The notes beneath the pieces were generated by a model that saw only the letters and a program-made list of their open reading frames with translations, was not told where the DNA came from and did no database searches. This document shows, piece by piece, positions 17,544 through 28,219 of a stretch of DNA of 64,000 nt. The DNA is taken from assembly GCA_963677895.2 (NCBI GenBank), contig CAXXGJ010000038.1:576001-640000 (forward strand). The letters are read 5' to 3'. The stretch comes from Treponemataceae bacterium (GTDB taxonomy: Bacteria > Spirochaetota > Spirochaetia > Treponematales > Rectinemataceae). The number at the start of each line of letters is the position of its first letter. Position 1 is the first letter of the stretch. A program made the translations under genes and the position numbers.

Positions 17544-18445
17544 TCGCCCGCGACGCAGCGGTTCCGGCCGGAATTCTTGGCTTCGTAGAGGCGTTTATCG
17601 GCCCTTGTCACGATGGATTCGAGCGTGTCGCCCTTGGCGGCCCTCGCCGTTCCGATGGAGACGGTGACCGCCAGTATTTCCCGCTCGTCCAGATGAATCC
17701 AGCTGTTTTCAACCATCAATCGAAGGCGTTCGCCTATTTCGCCCATTTTTCCGGCGGGAACAGTGGGACAGAGGAGAATGAACTCCTCGCCGCCCCAGCG
17801 TACGGCGGCATCGAGGGGGCGCACGGCCGAACTCAAGGTCGACGCAACCATCTTCAGCGCCCGGTCGCCGACGGCATGCCCATGCTTGTCGTTCACTTGT
17901 TTAAAATTATCTATATCCGCCATGAAAACCCCGAAGCCGGCGCCGCCCTCCTCCACCGCCTTGAAGCGGGACTCCGCGATTATCTGGAGATACCTCCTGT
18001 TCCCGAGGCCGGTGAGAGGATCGGTCAGGACCTCATGTCTCAACGCTTCGAGCTTGGCGAGAAGCATCGAACGCTCCCGGCGATCGGAGAACATCTCGAT
18101 GGCGCCGATCGTGGCTCCCGATTCATCGGTGAGCGGCGCCGCCCACACCATGATGGGCACTCTGTTGCCGTCGCTGTGGTGCATGTAGACTTCAGCCTCG
18201 CGCACTTCCCCATCCGCCATAGTGGCGCAGAGGGGACAGCCGTGGAGGCAGAGCTGCGTTCCATCCGCCGTTATGTGTCGCAGCAAGTTATCCGAGCAGC
18301 GGGTTCCAAGCGCCCTCTCCCTCGAATATCCCGTGAGAAGCTCCGCGGCGCGGTTCCAGAAAGTCACTTTCCTTTCGAGGTTCAGGAAATAAACGCCGCT
18401 GTCCAATCTGGACATGAAATCTTCGAGGCTTTTATCATGTTTCAT
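17540..18445 (-). CDS. PAS-sensor diguanylate cyclase
   Basis: PAS (WNRAAELLTGYS), DPLTGLGNRR, DIDNFKQVND, RWGGEEF. Confidence 0.92.
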   Translation of the reverse strand: MKHDKSLEDFMSRLDSGVYFLNLERKVTFWNRAAELLTGYSRERALGTRCSDNLLRHITADGTQLCLHGCPLCATMADGEVREAEVYMHHSDGNRVPIMVWAAPLTDESGATIGAIEMFSDRRERSMLLAKLEALRHEVLTDPLTGLGNRRYLQIIAESRFKAVEEGGAGFGVFMADIDNFKQVNDKHGHAVGDRALKMVASTLSSAVRPLDAAVRWGGEEFILLCPTVPAGKMGEIGERLRLMVENSWIHLDEREILAVTVSIGTARAAKGDTLESIVTRADKRLYEAKNSGRNRCVAGD

Positions 18446-18547
18446 GCGATATCTCCGGTACAAAAATTTCTCGCGGGGAGAAGGTCATCATGATCATGAT
18501 AGACTAAAAGCCGGCTTTTTTCGATAACAGAGTAAAAAAACAGCTTC

Positions 18548-19892
18548 CTACAAGTCCAGAATGTATCGGTTGACGATGTTTTCGAGGCGCTCCTGTTTCC
18601 CCGAGGTGATACCCGCGGCGCCGTAGTCGCCCGCGAGCCCGGCCAGTTCCTCGAGACCGAGGGAACCACGCTCAAAGGCGGCGCCTTTTCCCGCGTCGAA
18701 CGAAGAGTATCGCTCCGCCACGAAGGACGAAAGCGCCTTATCGTCGATGATGCGCTGCGCGGCCACGAGGCCGGCGGCGAAGGCGTCCATGCCGCCTATG
18801 TGGGCCTCGAAGAGATCGCTGGGGTCGACGGAGTTGCGGCGTATCTTTGCGTCGAAGTTGAGGCCGCCGGTGACGAAGCCGCCCGCCTTCAAGGATGGCG
18901 AGCATGGCCAGCGTTGTCTCCTGGAGACTCGAGGGGAACTGGTCGGTGTCCCAGCCGTTGCGCGGATCGCCGCGGTTCGCGTCCACGGAGCCGAAGAAGC
19001 CCATCGACGCGGCGGTCTCCAGCTCATGGTAGAAATCGTGGCCCGCCAGCTCCGCGTGATTGGCCTCGATGTTGATGCGGAAATCCTTCTCCAGGCCGTA
19101 GGCGCGCAGAAACCCCGCGACGGTTTCCACGTCGAAGTCGTACTGATGCTTCATGGGTTCCATGGGTTTCGGCTCGATGTAGAACATGCCCTTGAATCCC
19201 TGTTTCCTGCCGTAGTCGCGCGCCATGGTCAGGAATCGGGCGAGATGTTCTTTCTCGCGCTTCATGTCCGTGTTGAGGAGGCTCATGTAGCCCTCGCGAC
19301 CTCCCCAGAAGGTATAGCCCCGCCCGTCCAAGGCTATCGTCGCGTCGATCGCCGCCTTGACCTGGGCGGCGGCATGGGCGACGACGGGGAATTCGGGATT
19401 GGTAGCCGCCCCGTTCATGAAGCGCGGGTTGAAAAACATGTTGGCGGTCGCCCAGAGGAGCTTGACTCCCGTGGCCGCCTGGCGTTCGCCCGCGAGCTCC
19501 ACTATGTGCCGGAGATTCTTCTCGCTTTCGGCGGGCGTAGAGCCTTCGGGCGCCATGTCGCGGTCGTGGAAGCAATAGTACTCGGCGCCCAGCTTGGTGA
19601 AGAACTCGAAGGCCGCGTCGAGTTTCCGCTCGGCGGCTTGCAGGGGCGTGGCTGGCGGCTCGTTCCAGGGATAGAAGTGCGTCGGGGAACCGAAGGGATC
19701 CAGGCCGTCGCCGCAGAAGCTGTGCCAGTAGGCGACGGCGAAGCGAAGCTGTTCCTTCATCGTCTTGCCGCCGACCTTCCGCTCCGGATTGTAGTACTTG
19801 AAGGCGAGCGGGTTGTCGCTCTTCGGGCCCTCAAAGGGTATGCGGCCGATGCCCGGAAAGTATTCCTTCGTCCCGACGAAATAGTCAGTCAT
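18548..19892 (-). pseudogene. xylA: Xylose isomerase (class II), frameshifted
   Basis: FAVAYWH, FHDRD, WGGREGY, EPKP, GWDTDQF in one frame; GGLNFDAK...SGKQE in another; apparent extra base at 18891-18892. Confidence 0.88.
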
Positions 19893-19902
19893 GGCGTTCT
19901 CC

Positions 19903-21390
19903 TTATCGATAAAGGGGGCTTAAGGCCCCGAGATACTTCGAGTATTCGGCGTAAGCCGCTTCCCAGCGCTTCGACTCCGCGGGATCGGGTTCGACGGCGC
20001 TTTTCACGTCCATGGCGACATGATCGTCGACCAGCGCTTCCAGACTGGCCGGCCTTCCGGCGGCGCGCTCGCCGCAGTACAGCGCCTGCAAGGCCGCGCC
20101 CATCGCGGCAGCTTCCTCGCCCGCCGGAATGCGGACCGGAAGGTCCGTTACGTTGGCGACCATGGACCTCCAGAGCGCGCTCTTGGCCCCGCCGCCTATG
20201 AGGCGTATTTCCCTGGCTTCGAAACCGAGCGAGCGGAAGGAATCGAGGCCGATTTTCATGCCGAAGATCGCCGATTCCATGGCCGCCCGCGAAAGATTTT
20301 CCTTCGTGAAGTTGGTCGCCGTGGCGCCGTTGACGCTTGCCCTGCCTTCGGGAAGGTTGGGGATGCGTTCGCCGTTGAAAAACGGCAGTACGACGAGGCC
20401 TTCGGCGCCGATGGGAGCTTTTTCCGCCAGCGCGTTTAACTCGGCGAGGCTAAGGCCGAGCAAAGTCCTGATTTTTTCGCTCGCGACGGTGCAGTTCATC
20501 GTGCAGAGAAGAGGCAGCCAGCCGCCCGTCGAGGAGCAGAAGGCCGCGAGATTGCCCTTCGGATCGATGATGGGCGCGGCTGAGTATCCGTAAAGAGTCC
20601 CCGAGGTGCCGAGGCTCATCGTGAGGAAGCCGTCGCGCACCGTGCCGGTGCCGAGAGCGCCCATCATGTTGTCGCCGCCGCCCGCCGCCACGATCGCCCC
20701 TTCCGGCAGGTCGAATTCGCGGGCGGCGGCCGCCCCGACCCGCCCCGCCGGCTCTTCCGGCCGAAGCAGGCGCGGGAGACAGGCCTCGATGCGCCTATCC
20801 ACGAGCGCGCAGATAGGCGCCGACCATTTCCGCGCCCTCACGTCGAAAAGCGCCGTGCCCGAAGCGTCGCCGAACTCGGCCGCGTACTCGCCGGTGAGGA
20901 GGAAATTCACGTAATCGTGGGGGAGAAGTATATGGGCGAGGCGGGCGAAGGCCTCGGGTTCGCGCTTTTTCAGCCAGAGAATCTTGGGAGCCGTATAGCC
21001 GGGGAGCATGAGCATCCCCGTCCGGGCGAGAAGGGCTCCCTCCCCTCCCGCGGCCTCGGTGAGTTCGGCGCATTCCGCGACGGTCGACGTGTCGCACCAA
21101 AGCTTGACGGGTCGGATCGGCAGTCCTCGGTCATCCAGCGCCACGAATCCGTGCTGCTGGCCGGAGACGCCGATCCCCGCGATCGTGGCCCTTAGCGCGG
21201 GATCGATCGCCGCGAAACAAGCCTTGAGCGCCTCCCGATACCAGGAAGCCTCCTGTTCGCGCGTGCCGTCGTTCCGGGCGATCATCTCCAGGGGAGACTG
21301 GCTAAGAGCCGCTATCCTCCGCCCTTCGAAGTCGTAGACGAGGACTTTGCAGCTTTGGGTCCCTAGATCGATTCCGCAGACTGTCTTCAT
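19903..21390 (-). CDS. xylB: Xylulokinase
   Basis: [33 protein letters not shown]; adjacent to xylA. Confidence 0.92.
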   Translation of the reverse strand: MKTVCGIDLGTQSCKVLVYDFEGRRIAALSQSPLEMIARNDGTREQEASWYREALKACFAAIDPALRATIAGIGVSGQQHGFVALDDRGLPIRPVKLWCDTSTVAECAELTEAAGGEGALLARTGMLMLPGYTAPKILWLKKREPEAFARLAHILLPHDYVNFLLTGEYAAEFGDASGTALFDVRARKWSAPICALVDRRIEACLPRLLRPEEPAGRVGAAAAREFDLPEGAIVAAGGGDNMMGALGTGTVRDGFLTMSLGTSGTLYGYSAAPIIDPKGNLAAFCSSTGGWLPLLCTMNCTVASEKIRTLLGLSLAELNALAEKAPIGAEGLVVLPFFNGERIPNLPEGRASVNGATATNFTKENLSRAAMESAIFGMKIGLDSFRSLGFEAREIRLIGGGAKSALWRSMVANVTDLPVRIPAGEEAAAMGAALQALYCGERAAGRPASLEALVDDHVAMDVKSAVEPDPAESKRWEAAYAEYSKYLGALSPLYR

Positions 21391-21532
21391 GTGCCACTCC
21401 CTGGAGCTTGGTTACATCTAGAAGACTAGATCGCGATGAGCATATAGGCAATGCGGAATATTGACAAAACATATCCGTTATTGACTTTTCCCATCCACGC
21501 GGGACGGGAAAAGCCTCCCGGAGCAAATCGCC

Positions 21533-22357
21533 TTATTTTTTTGAAGCCTGGTCGGCGCAGGGCTTCCTACCCTTGACCCAGTAGGCGCTCCCGTCGGGTT
21601 CCCGCTCCAGAAAGCGATAGTCGATGAGATAGCGCCGGAGCGCCGCGTAGTCCGCGTCGGCTTGTATTAAAATGGCGTCGACTTCCTTCTGGCCGTAGAG
21701 ACGATCGGCCGCAAAGCGCTCGGCGATCCTGCGGAGAATGACGAGTTTTTCCTTTTCCTTGCGCGGAATCCGCAGCAGGCTCCCGTCAGCCTTCAGGTAT
21801 TTGGTTTCTATCGCCAGGGCTTCCTCCTCGGTCACCACGGCGCGGTCATCCTGCATGGGCATCGAAGCCGGGTAGGCTATAAAACGGCCCACGCGCTTCC
21901 CGGACTGGTCCAGGAGCTTCATGAGGGCGAGGAAAATCTTGGCTTCCGTCTCGCGCCTGCGCAGGGCGCGGCGCTGGTTCCTCACCGTGGAAGGCGCCTT
22001 GCCGCCCAACATGGTCGCGATTTCCTTGTCGGCGTTCCCCTTATGGAGAAGACGCAGCACTTCAGCCATCGCGTCGGGAATCCCCGTCGCATCCTTTCCC
22101 ATATCGAGAATTTCATCGAAGAGATTGCCATGGTCGGCCGCGACATGTTCCTTCATCGCGCGCTCGGCCGCGGAAAAGCCGCCGGCCGAGGGATACACGC
22201 GACCTTTCTCGAAGAGGGCGTCACAACGGAGACAGTGGAAGGAGGATCCATCTTTGCCGCGGTAGTACCCGCGCGCCAGGTCATTGCTCGACCTGGATTC
22301 TATAAGTTTTTCGTCTATCATGGGATGTATAGTATCAACTATTTGTCTATTATTCAA
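21533..22357 (-). CDS. DUF2087-domain protein with a putative zinc finger and HTH
   Basis: CLRC...H....H; C-terminal KEKEKLVIL...DYAALRRYLIDYRFLER; start uncertain. Confidence 0.75.
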   Translation of the reverse strand: MNNRQIVDTIHPMIDEKLIESRSSNDLARGYYRGKDGSSFHCLRCDALFEKGRVYPSAGGFSAAERAMKEHVAADHGNLFDEILDMGKDATGIPDAMAEVLRLLHKGNADKEIATMLGGKAPSTVRNQRRALRRRETEAKIFLALMKLLDQSGKRVGRFIAYPASMPMQDDRAVVTEEEALAIETKYLKADGSLLRIPRKEKEKLVILRRIAERFAADRLYGQKEVDAILIQADADYAALRRYLIDYRFLEREPDGSAYWVKGRKPCADQASKK

Positions 22358-22541
22358 TAGGCCTATTAGCCACTTTGTCTATATTTCAATTCATGACTCT
22401 CATTTGCGGCGACGCATGAATCGGCCGCTTCCTGCGCCGCGCAGCCGAAAGATTGATGTATTTTCTTGATCCGCCTTGTTTTCCGGTCAATAATATTTGA
22501 AGGTTTTATTTTCCTGCACTACAATGCACTAGGAGGCTCTC

Positions 22542-22949
22542 ATGAAAAAAATCGTATCATTTATAATCGTGATCGGGTGTATCGTGTCGCTGACCGGCTG
22601 CGCTTCCATGCTTAAATCCATGGGCGGCGTCTCCAAGTCGGAACTCGCCGCCTATACGACGGCCACGGACGAAAAACTGAATTCCATGAACGCCGCCTTG
22701 ACCAACGCGGAGAACGCCATAAAGGAAATCGAGACAATCAGGACGCTCGTTGCCCAGCTTACGGCCGATCTGGAAGCCGCAAAGCTTTCGGCCAGCGAAC
22801 TGGAAGCCGCCCTGGCCACCGTGGAAGAATTGAAATCGAAGGTTGACACCCTGTCGGACGATACGCTGCTGAGGCTGTCCAAGCTCATCCAGGACGCTCT
22901 GGCGACCAATACGGCGACGGCGGCGACAACGGCAACGGAATCGAAATAG
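22542..22949 (+). CDS. Small coiled-coil lipoprotein
   Basis: LTG-C lipobox; AGGAGG RBS; heptad-rich sequence. Confidence 0.75.
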   Translation: MKKIVSFIIVIGCIVSLTGCASMLKSMGGVSKSELAAYTTATDEKLNSMNAALTNAENAIKEIETIRTLVAQLTADLEAAKLSASELEAALATVEELKSKVDTLSDDTLLRLSKLIQDALATNTATAATTATESK

Positions 22950-23029
22950 ACCCCGACCATTCACACTCGTACTAGAACCTGCGACCACCTGCGGGATAGG
23001 ATAGAAAGATCGAAGCTAGGAGACGTCAG

Positions 23030-23929
23030 GTGGTCCTGGAAAAAATTCTATCGATTTTCGTCATCATGGCGATTGGTTTTGCCGCCAAGAAATTCAAAGT
23101 AGTCGATGCGGTATTCCTGCGCGGTCTCTCGTCGTTCATGGTGAATATCGCGCTCCCCTTCGCGTTCCTGGTCAGCCTCGATCGCGGCATCCCGAAATCG
23201 GTGCTGCCTGAACTGGGAATAATGGCCCTTTGGGCTTTCGCAATCCACGGAGCCTCGATCGGCCTCGCGTCCTTCGCCTACCGGCGCTTTCCGGACAATC
23301 AGCGCAAGGTGCTGTCTTTCATCACCGTGTTCACGAATTCCGCCTTCATGGGTTTGCCCGTGGCGCAGAGCATAGCCGGAACCAAAGGCATGATGTTCGC
23401 CTCGATCTACAACGTCGCGTACATGGTTTTAATCTACACCTACGGTCTTTCGCTTTTCCAGGAAAAGGCGGAGAAGGGACGGCTTAAAAAAATCCTTCTG
23501 AACCCGGGTATCATCGCGATCACCATTGGCATCATCCTCTGGTTCCTGCCCTTCTCCCTTCCAAACTTCCTGCTCGAATCGGTGGGGTTGATGGCAAAAC
23601 TGCAGACGCCGCTCGCGATGTTCATCGTCGGCGCCAATATCGCCAATATCCGCGTGGAGAGGATTCTTCCCGAAAAAGCGCTGCTGGTGGCGATCGCGGT
23701 GAGGCTCGTCTGTATCCCGCTCGCCGTGTACGGCGTCATAAAGCTCACCGGCTCGACGGGGCTTGCCCCGGGCATCGCGCTCATCATGACGGCCATGCCC
23801 GCCGGCGCCCAGACCGTCGTCGTCGCGGAATCGGTCGGAGCCGATTCGTCTTTCGCCTCGGAAGTCGTCTTCGCCACGACTATCCTATCGGTTTTCACCA
23901 TCCCGATTTTCGCCAGTCTGATGGCTTAG
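23030..23929 (+). CDS. AEC-family transporter
   Basis: NIALP, NSAFMGLP, NPGIIA, AMPAG motifs. Confidence 0.88.
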   Translation: MVLEKILSIFVIMAIGFAAKKFKVVDAVFLRGLSSFMVNIALPFAFLVSLDRGIPKSVLPELGIMALWAFAIHGASIGLASFAYRRFPDNQRKVLSFITVFTNSAFMGLPVAQSIAGTKGMMFASIYNVAYMVLIYTYGLSLFQEKAEKGRLKKILLNPGIIAITIGIILWFLPFSLPNFLLESVGLMAKLQTPLAMFIVGANIANIRVERILPEKALLVAIAVRLVCIPLAVYGVIKLTGSTGLAPGIALIMTAMPAGAQTVVVAESVGADSSFASEVVFATTILSVFTIPIFASLMA

Positions 23930-23965
23930 GGCAGGGTCGAAGTCCAGAAGCTTAGGCGGATCCGC

Positions 23966-24700
23966 CTAAGCCAGTTCGCTGAGGCCTATGGTGTAGTCGA
24001 TCATCTTGAGGATCGCGTTCCTGCACTTCACGAAATCCTTGTCGCGGATGGCCTCGAAGATCATCCTATGCTGGGAACAGGCTTTGGCTATAAGCTCGCG
24101 ATTCCCTATGGAACTCTTGTGTCTCTGGGTGACGATCATCTGCAGATAGCGGAATATCGGTTCCCTGGCCACCTCGAACGAGTATCTATATAGAATGTTT
24201 TTCGAAAGTTTCACGATCTCATAATGAAACTCGAGATCCCGTTCTATCAGTTCATGCAGCAGCTCCGAATTCCAGTCGGCGATGGCGAACACCCTTAGAT
24301 TGGTCGCGTCGTAGCGGTCGCAGACAGCGCCGAGCGCCTCAACCTCCTCGGGGGAGGCGCGTTCGATGGCGAGCCTGGCGCACTCCACTTCCAGCAGCTG
24401 TCTGTATTCGCACACGTTATCGATCATCTCGGGCATGAGGTAGAAGTCTGAAACCTCGCCGATATAGTTGCTGAAGCTGAAATCCTTGACATAAGTACCT
24501 TCGCCAACGCGGGTTTCGACGATGCCCTGCGAATTCAGCTTCTGCAGCGCCATGCGGATGGTCAGGCGGTTTACGCCGAACATTTCGGAGAGTTCGTTCT
24601 CGGAAGGCAGTTTTTCCTGAAGCTTCCACTCCCCATTCTTTATCGATGCCTTGATACTGTCGCAGATTTCATCGGGCAAGGAAGTTTTTTTAATTTTCAT
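23966..24700 (-). CDS. FadR/GntR-family regulator
   Basis: KLPSENELSEMFGVNRLTIRMAL...GEGTYV; start moved to MKIKK. Confidence 0.9.
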   Translation of the reverse strand: MKIKKTSLPDEICDSIKASIKNGEWKLQEKLPSENELSEMFGVNRLTIRMALQKLNSQGIVETRVGEGTYVKDFSFSNYIGEVSDFYLMPEMIDNVCEYRQLLEVECARLAIERASPEEVEALGAVCDRYDATNLRVFAIADWNSELLHELIERDLEFHYEIVKLSKNILYRYSFEVAREPIFRYLQMIVTQRHKSSIGNRELIAKACSQHRMIFEAIRDKDFVKCRNAILKMIDYTIGLSELA

Positions 24701-24840
24701 TCGAATCCTTCGGCTTTTCGACATCAAAATCGAGGTCGCGGCGTTTGCGCCGGAAAAACCGTTTTTCATTGAATCGTCATTCGACCTTGAAGTCAATAAT
24801 GCGAGGCTTCTCTCCTGCTCAAAGAAATTTCAAAAAAAAG

Positions 24841-24869
24841 TTGACAGAATTAAAAACTAACCCTATTCT
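24841..24869 (+). promoter_or_regulatory. Sigma70-like promoter
   Basis: TTGACA-17 nt-TATTCT with an A-tract upstream. Confidence 0.55.
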
Positions 24870-24938
24870 GCACCTAGCGAACAACCGGACAGCAAACAGT
24901 TCGTCAGTCGATCAGTCAAACAAGGGGAATTCGAAACA

Positions 24939-25676
24939 ATGGAAGGTTATAGGAAGATCGAGAGAACAAGCGTCCCCGACCAGATTTTCGAGGAACTTAA
25001 GAAGTCGATCATCGCGGGGAAGTGGGAGCCCGGAGAATCCCTTCCCTCGGAGATCCAGCTAGCCTCCGAATTCGGCGTGAGCAGGATGTCGGTGAGAGCG
25101 GCCATCAAGAAGCTGGAAACCTTCGGGCTCGTCGAGGTCAGGATGGGCGAAGGCACCTACGTCATAGAGTTCAACCCGGCCGTCTTCCTGAAAGGTTTGA
25201 GCTCGATTTTTTCAAAACCCAAAAACGCCCTCGAAATTCTGGAATTCCGCAAGGCTCTGGAAATCGAATGCCTGAAGCTGGGGATAAAAAAGGCCGACGC
25301 GAGCGACATCGAAGCGCTTGAAAGCATTTTCGGCGAGTACTGGAACGCGCTTTGCGCGGAGGACTACAAGAAGACCGTCAGCTACGACTACAGGTTCCAT
25401 CACCAGGTTTTCCTGATGTCGAAAAACAGCCTGTTCATAGAAATCTACGAATCCATGTCCGAGCTTTTCTTCCTCCACCTCGGAGAAAACGAACAGCACT
25501 ATAGGGAGGCTTATGGCATCCCCACGCTGGCCGCGGGCTTGGACCATCACGGGAAAGTCCTGGAAGCCTTCAAGAACCGAGACCAGCGAGCCGCGGTGGA
25601 AGCCTTCACGAAAATGATAGAAGAGCTTGTTGTCGTCTACGAGCAAAAAATCGGCGTCGACCAGGTCTCCCCCTGA
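24939..25676 (+). CDS. FadR/GntR-family regulator
   Basis: LPSEIQLASEFGVSRMSVRAAI...GEGTYV. Confidence 0.9.
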   Translation: MEGYRKIERTSVPDQIFEELKKSIIAGKWEPGESLPSEIQLASEFGVSRMSVRAAIKKLETFGLVEVRMGEGTYVIEFNPAVFLKGLSSIFSKPKNALEILEFRKALEIECLKLGIKKADASDIEALESIFGEYWNALCAEDYKKTVSYDYRFHHQVFLMSKNSLFIEIYESMSELFFLHLGENEQHYREAYGIPTLAAGLDHHGKVLEAFKNRDQRAAVEAFTKMIEELVVVYEQKIGVDQVSP

Positions 25677-25749
25677 CCTCGTCCCGCTGGTCGCCGAAGA
25701 AAGAGAATTTTTATATATGGCTATCCAATCGACAAGGAGGAGAGAAGCA

Positions 25750-26952
25750 ATGAAGATCACAAGCGTGGATGTCATCAAGGTCCTGATAGGCCAGCCCAGC
25801 GTAAAGGGAACACCCTGGAATCCCATCTGCGTACGCGTCAACACCGACGAGGGAATCAGCGGTTTCGGCGAGGCTGGACTCTGCTATGGCAACGCGAACA
25901 ACGCGGCCTTCGGCATATGCAAGGATTTCGCCGAACTCATCATCGGCATGGATCCGATGAACATCGAGAAAGTCTGGAACAAGCTGCATCGCTCGACATT
26001 CTGGGGAATGGGCGGCGGCGGAGTAATCTTCTCGGGGATCAGCGCGATCGATATCGCGCTGTGGGACATAAAAGGAAAGGCGCTCGGCGTGCCCGTCTAT
26101 CAGCTCCTCGGTGGAAAGACGAACGATAAGCTCCGCGCCTACGCCAGCCAGATCCAGTTCGACTGGGGCAAGGAATGCCACGCGCTCTCCAAACCCGAAC
26201 AGTACGGCGACGCGGCTAGGAAGGCCATCGCCGACGGCTACAACTGCGTCAAAGTGGACCCGGTCGGCTTCGACCTCAAGGGCCGCTGGATGGGCTGGAG
26301 CAACTATGGAATCCTGGAATACGACCAGCTGAAGATCGCGGTCGATCGCGTGGCGGCGATCCGCGAAGCCGGCGGCCCCGCCCTCGACATCATCATCGAG
26401 CTCCACTCCCTCACCGACAAAAAGACGGCCATCCAGCTCGGCCGCGAGCTCGAGAAGTTCCGCTGCTTCTATTATGAGGAGCCGACGCAGCCGCTGAACC
26501 AGACCCTGTTCCGCGAGATCGCCGACAACGTTAAGATCCCGATGGCCACCGGCGAAAGATCCTACTCCCGCTGGGGCTTCCGCGAATTCTTCGAACAGGG
26601 TTCGGTCGGCATCATCCAGCCCGATCTCTGCAACACTGGCGGCATCTCCGAAGGCAAGAAAATCTGCGACATGGCCCACGTCTACGACGTCGGTGTCCAG
26701 ATCCACATCTGCGGCGGCCCGATCTCCACGGCCGCGGCGCTCCAGGTCGAGGCGGTCATCCCCAACTTCGTCATCCACGAACACCACGAAGCCGCCCTTC
26801 TCGACGCGAACATCAATCTCTGCAAGTACGATTACCAGCCCGTCAACGGCTACTTCAGCGTCCCCGAAAGACCTGGAATAGGCAACGAGCTGACGGACGA
26901 GACGATCGCGGCCAGTGAAGTGGTGACCATCAAGGCCAATCGCTGGGCTTGA
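25750..26952 (+). CDS. Mandelate racemase/MLE-family enolase (acid-sugar dehydratase-like) 1
   Basis: SAIDIALWDIKGK, YEEP, ATGER, IQPD. Confidence 0.9.
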   Translation: MKITSVDVIKVLIGQPSVKGTPWNPICVRVNTDEGISGFGEAGLCYGNANNAAFGICKDFAELIIGMDPMNIEKVWNKLHRSTFWGMGGGGVIFSGISAIDIALWDIKGKALGVPVYQLLGGKTNDKLRAYASQIQFDWGKECHALSKPEQYGDAARKAIADGYNCVKVDPVGFDLKGRWMGWSNYGILEYDQLKIAVDRVAAIREAGGPALDIIIELHSLTDKKTAIQLGRELEKFRCFYYEEPTQPLNQTLFREIADNVKIPMATGERSYSRWGFREFFEQGSVGIIQPDLCNTGGISEGKKICDMAHVYDVGVQIHICGGPISTAAALQVEAVIPNFVIHEHHEAALLDANINLCKYDYQPVNGYFSVPERPGIGNELTDETIAASEVVTIKANRWA

Positions 26953-26978
26953 ATGGCGAAGACCACAAAGGAAATAGC

Positions 26979-28169
26979 ATGAAAATCACGAAAGTCGACG
27001 TGCTTCTTGTGGACGCTCCGGGGAATCCCATCTGGCACCCTATCCTCTGCCGCATCTACACCGACTCAGGCATCTACGGAGACGGCGAGGCTGCCGTAGC
27101 CTATGTCTCCGGCCAGACCGCGGCCTTCGGAATGATCCAGGATCTCTCGAAGATCATCATCGGCATGGATCCCCTCAAGAACGAAGTGATCTGGGACAAG
27201 ATGTACAAGACCACCTTCTGGGGACAGAACGGCGGTCCGATCGTCTTCTCCGGCATCAGCGCCATCGATATCGCCCTCTGGGACATCAAGGGCAAGTTCT
27301 TCAACCAGCCCCTCCATGTCCTCCTGGGCGGAAAGCGCAGGGACAAACTCAGGACCTATGCCTCCCAGCTCCAGTTCGGCTGGGACTGGAACGCCCAGAC
27401 TGGGATGGGCAAGCCCTCGCTCACGACCGAGGACTACGCCAATGTCTGCGTGAAGGCGATGGGCGAAGGCTACGACTCCGTTAAGATCGATTTCTTCACC
27501 TTCGGCCCGAACGGCGAGGCCTTCGGCGAGGACGAGCGCACCCGGATCATCCTTCCCAAATACATGCACATGATCGAGGACAGGCTCAAGGCGATCCGCG
27601 AGAAGTGCGGCTGGGACCTGGACATCATCATCGAGAACCACTCTTTCCTCGATGCCCAGGGCGCCGTCCAGGTTGGCCAGATGGCCGAGAAATACCGGAT
27701 CCTTTACTTTGAAGAGCCCAACACCCCCTCGCCCTACATGCAGAAATACATCGCCGAAAAGGTGAACATCCCCCAGGCATCCGGCGAGCGCATCTACTCG
27801 AGGTGGCAGTACGCGCCGTACTTCGAGAACAAGTCGCTGCAGGTGATCCAGCCGGACATCGGCAACTGCGGCGGGCTTACCGAGGCCAAGAAAATCTGCG
27901 ACATGGCCTACACCTACGACGTGAACGTCCAGGCGCATGTCTGCGCGAGCCCCCTGTCCACGAACGTGGCGCTCCACCTCGAGTCCGTGATCCCCAATTT
28001 CCTCATCCACGAGCACCACATCGCCAACCGCTGCGCGTGGAACGCCTGTCTTTCGAAGTACAATCCCCAGCCGGTCGACGGGTACTTCGAAGTGCCGAAC
28101 GAGCCTGGCATCGGCAACGAAATCTCGGAGCAGGCCTACAGGCAGGCCAAGGTCGTCACGATCAAATGA
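26979..28169 (+). CDS. Mandelate racemase/MLE-family enolase 2
   Basis: SAIDIALWDIKGK, FEEP, ASGER, IQPD. Confidence 0.9.
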   Translation: MKITKVDVLLVDAPGNPIWHPILCRIYTDSGIYGDGEAAVAYVSGQTAAFGMIQDLSKIIIGMDPLKNEVIWDKMYKTTFWGQNGGPIVFSGISAIDIALWDIKGKFFNQPLHVLLGGKRRDKLRTYASQLQFGWDWNAQTGMGKPSLTTEDYANVCVKAMGEGYDSVKIDFFTFGPNGEAFGEDERTRIILPKYMHMIEDRLKAIREKCGWDLDIIIENHSFLDAQGAVQVGQMAEKYRILYFEEPNTPSPYMQKYIAEKVNIPQASGERIYSRWQYAPYFENKSLQVIQPDIGNCGGLTEAKKICDMAYTYDVNVQAHVCASPLSTNVALHLESVIPNFLIHEHHIANRCAWNACLSKYNPQPVDGYFEVPNEPGIGNEISEQAYRQAKVVTIK

Positions 28170-28219
28170 TCTTTCAGGATGTCCCTTGCGGGCATCAATG
28201 TCGAAATCAGGAGGAATAT

